From Planctomycetota bacterium (GTDB lineage Bacteria > Planctomycetota > UBA8742 > UBA2392): DNA of 64,000 bases. The position numbers and the translations under genes are program-made. This document shows, piece by piece, positions 57,001 through 64,000 of the stretch. Position 1 is the stretch's first letter. The number at the start of each line of letters is the position of its first letter. The notes under the pieces were generated by a model. That model had not been told where the DNA came from. It did no database searches and worked only from the letters and a program-made list of their open reading frames with translations. The DNA is taken from assembly GCA_020849795.1 (NCBI GenBank), contig JADZFR010000051.1, positions 83,821 to 147,820 of the forward strand. The letters run 5' to 3'.

Positions 57001-58515
57001 TCAGACAGAAACGGCGCGACGGCCGCTGCCCGCGACACCCCAATAAAACTCGAGTGCGCTGCGGGCTTCTTCTCTGTCGTCAAAATGCACCGTCCGGTCT
57101 GAGAAAATCTGGTAGTCCTCGTGGCCCTTGCCGACGATCACGATGACGTCGTCGGGCGACGCTTCTGCCACGGCGCGGCGTATTGCTTCGCGGCGATCGA
57201 CGTACGTCTCCACGGGACGACGCTGCGGCGAGATGCCCGCGAGAATCTCTTCAATGATCGCCTGCGGGTCCTCACTGCGCGGGTTGTCGCTGGTCACGAT
57301 CGGCCGATCAGCCAGTTCTGCGCCAATGGCTCCCATTTTGGGCCGCTTGGTGCGGTCGCGGTCGCCGCCGCACCCAAAGACGCAGACCAGGCGGCGCCCT
57401 GCGCAGACCTGGCGCAAGGTGCCGAGCACATTCTCCATCGCGTCGGGCGTGTGCGCATAATCGACAAACACGCTCGGCGCCGGCTGCTCAAACGCCACGC
57501 GCTCCAGGCGGCCGGGGGCGCCCCTGAATGCCAGTACCGCGCCGCGGATCTTGCGCAACGGCAAATCCAGCGCCAGCGCCATGGAAACGGCGCCGGCTAC
57601 GTTCTCAACGTTGTAGCGGCCGGTCAGGGGGCTCACGAACAGCGCGGCACGGTCAAGCCAGCGCATGCCGAAGCTCATGCCTTCAAGTCCAAGCCGCACC
57701 TGCTCAATCTGGATATCCGACCCCGGCGCTTGCCCGACGCTGAACGCCAGCCCTCGCGCTCGCTCAAGCATGCGGGGCCCGTACTCGGCGTCGACGTTGA
57801 TCACGCCGGCGCCTGAGCCGGGGTCAAGCATATCGAACAGGCGCGCCTTGGCGTTGAAGTAGTTCTCAAAGTCGCCGTGATAGTCCAGGTGATCACGCGT
57901 CAGGTTCGTGAAGATGCCGCCCGCCAGGCGCACGCCGGCAATGCGGTCCTGGTCCAGCGCGTGGCTGGAAACTTCCATGACACAGGCTTCCTGGCCCCGC
58001 GCGCGCATTTCGGCCAACGTTCGGTGCACTTCCAGCGCGCCGGGCGTGGTCAACTTTGCCGTGCGCTTCTCGTTGCCGACGATGTTCCAGACCGTGCCCA
58101 TCAATCCGCAACGAATGCCGCAGCGTTCAAAGATCTCGCGCAGAAGGAACGCGCTGGTGGTCTTGCCGTTGGTGCCGGTGATCCCGATGACCTTCATGTG
58201 GCGAGAGGGTTCGCCGTGAAGCAGGCTTGCCAGGTGGCCCAGCGTGCGGCGCGGATTGTCGCTGACAATCTGCGGCACGAGCTTGAACTCTTTCAACGGG
58301 CGACCGACGAGCAAGGCGCCGGCGCCTGCATTCAGGGCATCGCGCACGTACTGCGTGCCGTCAGCCTTGCTGCCGGGCAGCGCCGCGAACAGGTTGCCGG
58401 GCATGACATGGCGCGAATCGTCAACCGCGCCGGTGATGCGCAGACGCTGCATGTTCAGGACCCAGATGCTCGGGTCCAATGCCTTCAGGGCCTGCGCAAG
58501 CAGATGAAACCGCAT
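57001..58515 (-). CDS. murE: UDP-N-acetylmuramoyl-L-alanyl-D-glutamate--2,6-diaminopimelate ligase
   Basis: 'GITGTNGKTTSAFLL' and 'DYAHTPDAMENVL'. The MurE-specific DNPR motif is 'VTSDNPRSEDP'. The start is at 'MRFHLLAQAL'. Confidence 0.85.
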   Translation of the reverse strand: MRFHLLAQALKALDPSIWVLNMQRLRITGAVDDSRHVMPGNLFAALPGSKADGTQYVRDALNAGAGALLVGRPLKEFKLVPQIVSDNPRRTLGHLASLLHGEPSRHMKVIGITGTNGKTTSAFLLREIFERCGIRCGLMGTVWNIVGNEKRTAKLTTPGALEVHRTLAEMRARGQEACVMEVSSHALDQDRIAGVRLAGGIFTNLTRDHLDYHGDFENYFNAKARLFDMLDPGSGAGVINVDAEYGPRMLERARGLAFSVGQAPGSDIQIEQVRLGLEGMSFGMRWLDRAALFVSPLTGRYNVENVAGAVSMALALDLPLRKIRGAVLAFRGAPGRLERVAFEQPAPSVFVDYAHTPDAMENVLGTLRQVCAGRRLVCVFGCGGDRDRTKRPKMGAIGAELADRPIVTSDNPRSEDPQAIIEEILAGISPQRRPVETYVDRREAIRRAVAEASPDDVIVIVGKGHEDYQIFSDRTVHFDDREEARSALEFYWGVAGSGRRAVSV

Positions 58516-58517
58516 GG

Positions 58518-60383
58518 CTACTCCTCTGTCTCTGTCACGGTTGCGCGCTCCGGCACGCCCAGGTGCTTGAGTGTCCGCAACACGACGCGGGCAACAGTGG
58601 GCGCCGCAACCGTGCCGCCGTAGTGCCTGATACGCCACCCGTACTTGTTGACGTTGCGGCCGCGCGCCTCGTTCACAACGACGATGATGCTGATGACGGG
58701 GTCTTCGGCCGGGGCGAACCCGACGAAACTGCAGATCTTGTCGGCTGAATACTGGCCGTCCTTGACCTTGTGGGCCGTGCCGGTTTTTCCGGCGATCTGG
58801 TACTGCGGCAGCAAGGCGTTGCGTGCGGTGCCCTCGCTCACGACATCAGCCAGCAACGGGCGTAGCGCCAGTGCCGTCTGCTCGCTCATCCAGCAATCCA
58901 GCAGCTCCCGCGGCTGGCCCTGGTGCAGCACCTTCTTGTCAGCCCCGGTCACGCTGCGAATCACGTAAGGTTTGTAAACATGCCCGCCGTTGGCCAGCGT
59001 GTTGAAACAATTCAGCATCTGTAGTGGCGTTACCTGGATCTCGTAGCCCATGCACACCGAGACGAGCGAATTGGGCACCGTCCAGTCGCTCTTTTTGCGG
59101 ATAATGCCCGGGCTTTCGCCAAAGCGCGTGCCGCCCATGTCAAAGCCGGTACGCTGCGCAAACCCGACGCCGGTCACTGCATCGTGAACCTCATTGATGC
59201 CCAGCATCATGCCGACACGGGCGACGCAGGTATTGCTCGAGTGCACGATGGCCTGGCGCACGGTGACGTATTCGCGGCCGTTTCGCTGGATTCGCGCCTC
59301 AGGCAGAATCTCGTGGCCCTTGTCGCTGACCAGCTTGCGCCGCCCCTGCACCTTCAGTTCCACGTCGTACTCAATCAGGCTGTCCGGCGTCAGAAGGCCC
59401 TTTTCAAATGCCCGCGCGTAAATGATCGGCTTGATCATGCTGCCCGGTTCAAAGGCGTCGGTGATGGCGGTGTTCTTGCGGCTTGCGGGGTCACCGTTGC
59501 GGTCGTTGGGGTCAAAGCTGGGATAGTTGGCGATGCCAAGAATGGCACCACTGTGCGTTTCCATGACCACGATCGTCGCCGAGACGGGGTCCCAGCGCTC
59601 AATGGCGGTGCGCAATTCGTCCTCAACGATGGCCTGCACGCCGCTGTTCAGTGTCAGGTCAACGCGGGCGCCGTCCATCGGCTGCTGCACCGCATCGTCC
59701 ATGCCCTCGATCGGGCGGCCAAGCGCGTCCACCATGGTAACGCGGGTGCCCGGCCGCGCCGCAAGCCAGCTTTCCAGGGCGCGTTCCACGCCTTCGAGGC
59801 CTTCCATGTCGCGGCCTACAAAACCGACAATCTGCGACGCGAAGTTGCCCAGCGGGTAGCGGCGCGTTTCGATGTTGCGAATCTCTACGCCCGGCAGTTC
59901 GCCCAGCCTCAGCGAAGCCTGAATGCGCTCAATGTTTTCCAATGGGGTCTCGTATTGCACGCAGTAGTAGGCTTTGTCGCGGCGCTGGTACAACTGCTCT
60001 TCCAGTTTGCGCGCGTAGTCGCCGTCGTGCCCGAGCAAGCCGGCAAGGCGCGTGGCAAGTTCAGCCCGTTCACCGCCGGGCACAGCCCGCGGGTTCACCA
60101 CGATGCTGGCGCCACTGAATGTCGTCTGCGCAAGGCTGACGTTGTCAGCCGTGTAAATGCCGCCGCGCGTGCCGGGCAGGCTTACGCTGCGGGTGCTGTT
60201 GGCGTTGCGCTGCACCAGGTAATCATCGTGGTGCATCACCTGCAGGCTGTAGAGGCGCCCGGTCAGCCCGAACATCAGGATGACAATCACGCCAAGCCCC
60301 CAGGCCGCGGCGCGGCGCGGGGAGCGGATTAATCCCCGATCCGAAAGCATCCAAAGCAGAGCCCTGGCCACGTTAGTCCTCAC
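58518..60383 (-). CDS. ftsI: peptidoglycan D,D-transpeptidase (class B PBP, FtsI/PBP3-like)
   Basis: N-terminal TM anchor, then a dimerisation domain. Transpeptidase motifs S-x-x-K 'GSMIKP', 'SSN' and 'KTGTA'. Confidence 0.85.
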   Translation of the reverse strand: MRTNVARALLWMLSDRGLIRSPRRAAAWGLGVIVILMFGLTGRLYSLQVMHHDDYLVQRNANSTRSVSLPGTRGGIYTADNVSLAQTTFSGASIVVNPRAVPGGERAELATRLAGLLGHDGDYARKLEEQLYQRRDKAYYCVQYETPLENIERIQASLRLGELPGVEIRNIETRRYPLGNFASQIVGFVGRDMEGLEGVERALESWLAARPGTRVTMVDALGRPIEGMDDAVQQPMDGARVDLTLNSGVQAIVEDELRTAIERWDPVSATIVVMETHSGAILGIANYPSFDPNDRNGDPASRKNTAITDAFEPGSMIKPIIYARAFEKGLLTPDSLIEYDVELKVQGRRKLVSDKGHEILPEARIQRNGREYVTVRQAIVHSSNTCVARVGMMLGINEVHDAVTGVGFAQRTGFDMGGTRFGESPGIIRKKSDWTVPNSLVSVCMGYEIQVTPLQMLNCFNTLANGGHVYKPYVIRSVTGADKKVLHQGQPRELLDCWMSEQTALALRPLLADVVSEGTARNALLPQYQIAGKTGTAHKVKDGQYSADKICSFVGFAPAEDPVISIIVVVNEARGRNVNKYGWRIRHYGGTVAAPTVARVVLRTLKHLGVPERATVTETEE

Positions 60384-60681
60384 CTTGCTTGGTGCCTTCG
60401 GGTGCCTTCTCTTCGCGCTTGCCGGGTATGGCAGGCAGGCCGTCTTCCGGCGGCAGCAGGGCGATGCCCTCTGCGCGGACGCGCCGGATCATTTCCGCCG
60501 GGTTGCTGGCAGCGGCATGCTTGTCTTTCAGAACGCGGTTGGCTTCCTGCAATTCGCGAAGTTCGCGATTGAGCTGCGCGGCTTCAAACCCCACGCTGCG
60601 AATCTGCACCCGCTGGCCCACGACCACGGCGCCCAGTGATACAAGGAAGACAATCAGGATGATGCCGACTTTCAAGTTCAT
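60373..60681 (-). CDS. ftsL: FtsL-like cell division protein
   Basis: Small bitopic protein. TM 'VGIILIVFLVSLGAVVV' followed by a leucine-zipper-like 'LNRELRELQEANRVLKD'. Positioned between rsmH and ftsI. The start is taken at 'MNLKV'. Confidence 0.5.
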   Translation of the reverse strand: MNLKVGIILIVFLVSLGAVVVGQRVQIRSVGFEAAQLNRELRELQEANRVLKDKHAAASNPAEMIRRVRAEGIALLPPEDGLPAIPGKREEKAPEGTKQGED

Positions 60682-60704
60682 GCGTTGCGTGCCCCGCTGC
60701 TGAC

Positions 60705-61640
60705 TCAGCGATGTTTCTTGCTGCGATACCTGTCTGCGCCTTCCACCTTGTCGGCGGCTTCTCCCCACGCGAACACGCGCAACTTCGCGCTTCTTGACCG
60801 CGGGTTGCTTGCGCGCTCTGCTTCATCGGCGGTTATCGGTGCCGGCTTGAGGATTCTCCCGCGTTCATTGGACTGCCAGTCGCGGTAGGTCTGCTTGACG
60901 ATTCGGTCCTCCAGCGAATGAAACGAGATCACGGCGACCACGCCGCGCGCGTCCATGCCTTCCGGCACAGCCGACAGGGCTCGCTCCAGCTCGCCCAGCT
61001 CATCGTTGACGTGAATGCGCAACGCCTGAAAGGTGCGCGTGGCGGGGTCAATGCGGTGCTGGCCTTTCCCGTAGGCGCGACGGCAAATGAGCGCCAGGTC
61101 TTCGGTTGTGCTCAACCGGCCTTGCGTCAACGCGGACTTGATACCCCTGGCGATGCGGCGGGAGTGCCGCTCTTCGCCAAGCCGCCAGATCACGTCCGCG
61201 ATCTCGTCTTCCGCCGCGCCCTCGAGAAACGCAAGAGCACTGCCTCCGCTACCGGGGTCCATCCGCATGTCGATGGGCCCGTTTTTCTGAAAACTGAATC
61301 CCCGCTCTGGCCGGTCCAGCTGCCAGCTTGAGACGCCCAGGTCTAAGAGAAGACCCTGCGCACGCCCCAAGCCCAAAGCAGAGAGCTGTTCATGCCACCG
61401 GCTGAACCGGCTGTGTGAGACAACGGCACGCTCTCCGAATTGTCGAAGATGCTGAGCCGCGCTCTCCAGCGCTGCGCTGTCGCGGTCGAGTCCAAGGACT
61501 CGCAGCCCGGGATACCCCGCGAGCAAGGCGGCACTGTGTCCACCAAAGCCGCAGGTACCGTCCACGACAAGCGCGCCAGGTGGCAAGGCCCCGAAGGCCC
61601 GCACAACCGCTGCGACAAGGACGGGAAGGTGTTCGGCCAC
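60705..61640 (-). CDS. rsmH: 16S rRNA m4C1402 methyltransferase RsmH (MraW)
   Basis: 'HLPVLVAAVV', 'VVDGTCGFGGHS', 'DLGVSSWQLD' and 'GPIDMRMD' are present. There is no in-frame ATG, so I propose the GTG start at about 61640. The upstream part of the track ORF (Ser/Ala/Cys-rich) is not protein-like. Confidence 0.8.
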   Translation of the reverse strand: MAEHLPVLVAAVVRAFGALPPGALVVDGTCGFGGHSAALLAGYPGLRVLGLDRDSAALESAAQHLRQFGERAVVSHSRFSRWHEQLSALGLGRAQGLLLDLGVSSWQLDRPERGFSFQKNGPIDMRMDPGSGGSALAFLEGAAEDEIADVIWRLGEERHSRRIARGIKSALTQGRLSTTEDLALICRRAYGKGQHRIDPATRTFQALRIHVNDELGELERALSAVPEGMDARGVVAVISFHSLEDRIVKQTYRDWQSNERGRILKPAPITADEAERASNPRSRSAKLRVFAWGEAADKVEGADRYRSKKHR

Positions 61641-61647
61641 GGCGGGT

Positions 61648-61902
61648 TCAAACAACCCCCGCCAGTCGCGAACTTTCGTGCTTGTCCGCGGTCTTGATGA
61701 CGCGCATGACGTAGGGGCTGAACTCAACGCCGGGGCTGAGTTCCTGCACGCGCTTGAGCAGGTCTTTGCAGCGGCGGATTTCGGGCAGGCGGTCACTCAC
61801 CTGCTGCTCAAAATCATCTTCCGTGCCTTTCTGCAGCAGCTCAGCAACTGCGGCAAGGCCGTGCGGGTCATCTTCCTGGCGTGTGTTCCGGGCATCGTGC
61901 AT
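61648..61902 (-). CDS. small acidic hypothetical protein (about 84 aa) inserted between mraZ and rsmH
   Basis: ATG at 61902 preceded by GGGGGGAACC. Strong GC3 codon bias. The composition is protein-like ('MHDARNTRQEDDPHGLAAVAELLQKGTEDDFEQQVSDRLPEIRRCKDLLKRVQELSPGVEFSPYVMRVIKTADKHE'). Confidence 0.45.
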   Translation of the reverse strand: MHDARNTRQEDDPHGLAAVAELLQKGTEDDFEQQVSDRLPEIRRCKDLLKRVQELSPGVEFSPYVMRVIKTADKHESSRLAGVV

Positions 61903-62092
61903 GGTTCCCCCCAACTAGGCACAGCGCGGCCGCCGGCGCAAAAACGGCGCCACCTGTGCCAGAAAACGGTTATGCCGCCGAGGCGGCGATACGAGAGTGT
62001 GGTGCGCAAGCGCCGTGCACCGGGCGGCTGGCTTTGTCGCGGCCAGCAGGCGCTGTGGAGGCCTGTCCCACAGGGCGCTTTCGCGCCACACG

Positions 62093-62578
62093 CTATCCCT
62101 GCTCAGGTAGCGTGCTGTTGTAGATTCTTGCCACGGCCTGCGGGTCCAGCTTCTCCACACTGACCGGGGCCTGCACGGCGCGTGCTTCTTCGGGATCGTA
62201 AGCCTGCATGTGATCCCCCGCGCCGGATATGACGATTTCAGATTTCAACCTGGCGTATGAGACATGGTCCTTCGGAAGAAGGATTCTGCCGGCTTTGTCC
62301 ACTTCGACCTGCTCGACCAAAGCCAGCAACCTCTGGCGCTTGCGTTGTTCTTCCCCGGGCAGCCCTGCATTGCCCGTGAGTTCCTCGATCCTGCGTTCGC
62401 CACTCTGCTGATCGAAAATGGCGAGGTGCGGAAAGTCCGGTCCGATCATCACGTACAGCAGCACTTTTCCATCGCTCGACACCGGCAGCCTGCTGCGGAA
62501 CTTTGCCGGGATCGTGATGCGGTTCTTGGAATCGACAGTGGTAGTGGCGAGACCAAAATATCTGGGCGTACCCGCCAT
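62093..62578 (-). CDS. mraZ: transcriptional regulator MraZ
   Basis: Duplicated SpoVT/AbrB-like halves with 'DSKNRITIPAKFR' and 'DKAGRILLPKDHV'. Confidence 0.85.
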   Translation of the reverse strand: MAGTPRYFGLATTTVDSKNRITIPAKFRSRLPVSSDGKVLLYVMIGPDFPHLAIFDQQSGERRIEELTGNAGLPGEEQRKRQRLLALVEQVEVDKAGRILLPKDHVSYARLKSEIVISGAGDHMQAYDPEEARAVQAPVSVEKLDPQAVARIYNSTLPEQG

Positions 62579-62599
62579 TTACCCCTCCCGACGTGGGAA

Positions 62600-62625
62600 G
62601 ATACCCCACTTCCACCCACTTGTCC
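62600..62625 (-). promoter_or_regulatory. candidate MraZ operator (two GTGGG direct repeats with a 10-bp period)
   Basis: On the minus strand GTGGG occurs twice, exactly 10 bp apart, 27-41 nt upstream of the mraZ ATG. These are plus-strand CCCAC at 62605-62609 and 62615-62619. This resembles the (T)GGGN x3 MraZ boxes of other bacteria. Confidence 0.3.
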
Positions 62626-62912
62626 AATGCCAAGCATGATTTTCTGGAAATTCTTTGCTGACATACCTTTATGAGGTCACACCCATATATAGAGAGTCAT
62701 GTCCGCACTTTACACCCAACATATAGTATGTTTCTAGTAAGAATTCACCTGATTCTGACACACTATCCACAAGTTATCGGACACAAAAGGCGCTTCCTTG
62801 GCACCTCTTCACCCACTTTCAGACACCGGAACCCGGAAATTTTGCGCCGGTTGCACCCGCCTGCGCCCCAAACCCCCTTCCACCACCCGCCAAAACTCGC
62901 ACAATCCGGAAC

Positions 62913-63851
62913 ATGACCCACTTCGCAGACCGCCTGCAGCAAGCCATCCAGGCCAAGGGCGCAGCCACCTGCGCCGGCATCGACCCACGCGCCGACTGGA
63001 TACCCCCCGAGTGCTATGACCGCGCATTCAGCCAGCATGGCCGAACGCCAGCCGGCGTCATTGCCGCCGTGCGTGACTTTTGCATTGAGGTGCTCGAGAT
63101 CGTCGCGCCCTTTGTGCCCGCGGTGAAGCCACAGGCGGCCTTCTTCGAGGCGTTGGGCGTCGGCGGCTGGGACGCGTTTGCCGCGATCTGCGGCAAAGCA
63201 CGCGAACTGGGCTTGCTGGTGATCGCCGATGTGAAGCGCGGCGATATCGGCAGCACCGCCGAAGCCTATGCCCAGAGCCTGTTCGGGACGAGCGAAATCC
63301 AGGGCGTGAAGCTGGCCTCCTGTGGCGCCGATGCTGCCACCGTCAACCCCTACCTGGGCGCCGATGGCGTGGTGCCGTTCATTGAGCGCGCGCGGCGGAA
63401 CGACGCGGGCATCTACGTGCTGGCGCGCACCAGCAACCCCGGCAGCGCCGAGTTTCAGCAACTCGCGCTGCATCAGGGCGGAGCGCTGGTTGACGAAGTC
63501 GCGCGCAAGATTGATGCCTGGGGCAGCGAAAGCGTGGGTGATTGTGGGTACAGCGACGTCGGTGCAGTTGTCGGCGCGACGCACGTTGATGCCGCACGCC
63601 ACCTGCGCAGACTCATGCCGCGCACGCCGTTTCTGGTCCCAGGCTGGGGTGCGCAAGGCGGCGCAGCCGAGGCGGTACGCGCCTGTTTTGATGACAAGGG
63701 CGCAGGCGCGTTGGTGAATTCAAGCCGCGGCGTGATGCACGCCTATGCCACCGGCCCGCTGAAAGACCACGGGCACACGCACTGGCGCGAAGCCGTGGAA
63801 AAGGCGGCCCGCCAGTTCCATGAGGAAATTCGCCTGCTGGCAGGTCGCTAA
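62913..63851 (+). CDS. pyrF: orotidine-5'-phosphate decarboxylase (long type 2 form)
   Basis: 'CAGIDPR' N-terminus. Catalytic 'VIADVKRGDIGSTAEAYA' (DxKxxD) and 'VLARTSNPGS'. The length of about 312 aa matches the type-2 PyrF. Confidence 0.85.
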   Translation: MTHFADRLQQAIQAKGAATCAGIDPRADWIPPECYDRAFSQHGRTPAGVIAAVRDFCIEVLEIVAPFVPAVKPQAAFFEALGVGGWDAFAAICGKARELGLLVIADVKRGDIGSTAEAYAQSLFGTSEIQGVKLASCGADAATVNPYLGADGVVPFIERARRNDAGIYVLARTSNPGSAEFQQLALHQGGALVDEVARKIDAWGSESVGDCGYSDVGAVVGATHVDAARHLRRLMPRTPFLVPGWGAQGGAAEAVRACFDDKGAGALVNSSRGVMHAYATGPLKDHGHTHWREAVEKAARQFHEEIRLLAGR

Positions 63852-63964
63852 GTCAACCGAACCACCGGTGCGCCGCGCCGTTTAGAAGGCTAGAACCGGG
63901 GTTGTCATCTTTGCGCGAATCGGGCACACTTGCGCTCCCGACCGCAAAAACATCGGAGGTACCA

Positions 63965-64000
63965 GTGATTCGCAACGCTGTCGCATTGACGCTGTTAATC
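63965..64000 (+). CDS. possible 5' end of a downstream gene (GTG start, signal-peptide-like)
   Basis: GGAGGTACCA precedes GTG at 63965. It encodes 'VIRNAVALTLLI' and runs off the window. This is weak. Confidence 0.25.
   Translation, partial: MIRNAVALTLLI

Noticed and set aside
1-64000. Search for CRISPR arrays, IS elements, integrases and prophage remnants
   Set aside because: I found no regularly spaced direct repeats, no terminal inverted repeats and no transposase-, integrase- or phage-like ORFs. The only short repeats are the coding GAA tract and the Gly-codon periodicity.

Overview
This 64 kb window is about 65% GC and is densely coding on both strands. I found no rRNA, CRISPR array, transposase or integrase. 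The gene content, with many large secreted HEAT-repeat and vWA proteins and a fragmented division/cell-wall cluster, points to a Planctomycetota-like chromosome; that taxonomic guess is inference only.

The recognisable housekeeping genes are:
- rsmB (3' part), rimK, thiC, pdxA, asnS, gatB, queC, mfd, rpoD and dnaG, a tRNA-Glu(CUC), and pyrF.
- A partial division/cell-wall (dcw) cluster on the minus strand: mraZ, a small acidic ORF, rsmH, ftsL, ftsI, murE, murF and mraY.

The accessory content worth attention is:
- A MoxR-type AAA+ ATPase gene divergent from two tandem paralogous secreted HEAT-repeat plus vWA proteins, with a third paralog about 25 kb away.
- A BatA-like double-TM vWA protein whose stop overlaps the pdxA start.
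- A Ser/Thr kinase immediately downstream of a 951-aa secreted protein carrying three trypsin-like domains and PDZ domains, with a SixA-type phosphatase divergent.
- A 1294-aa secreted protein with a CARDB-like domain.
- An 875-aa glycine-rich lipoprotein that looks beta-helical.
- An acidic-tailed protein encoded with a GAA repeat.
- An unusually AT-rich divergent promoter island between mraZ and pyrF, with candidate MraZ boxes.

Several intrinsic terminators are visible as GC hairpins followed by T-runs. All calls come from reading the translations and the DNA; no database search was possible.
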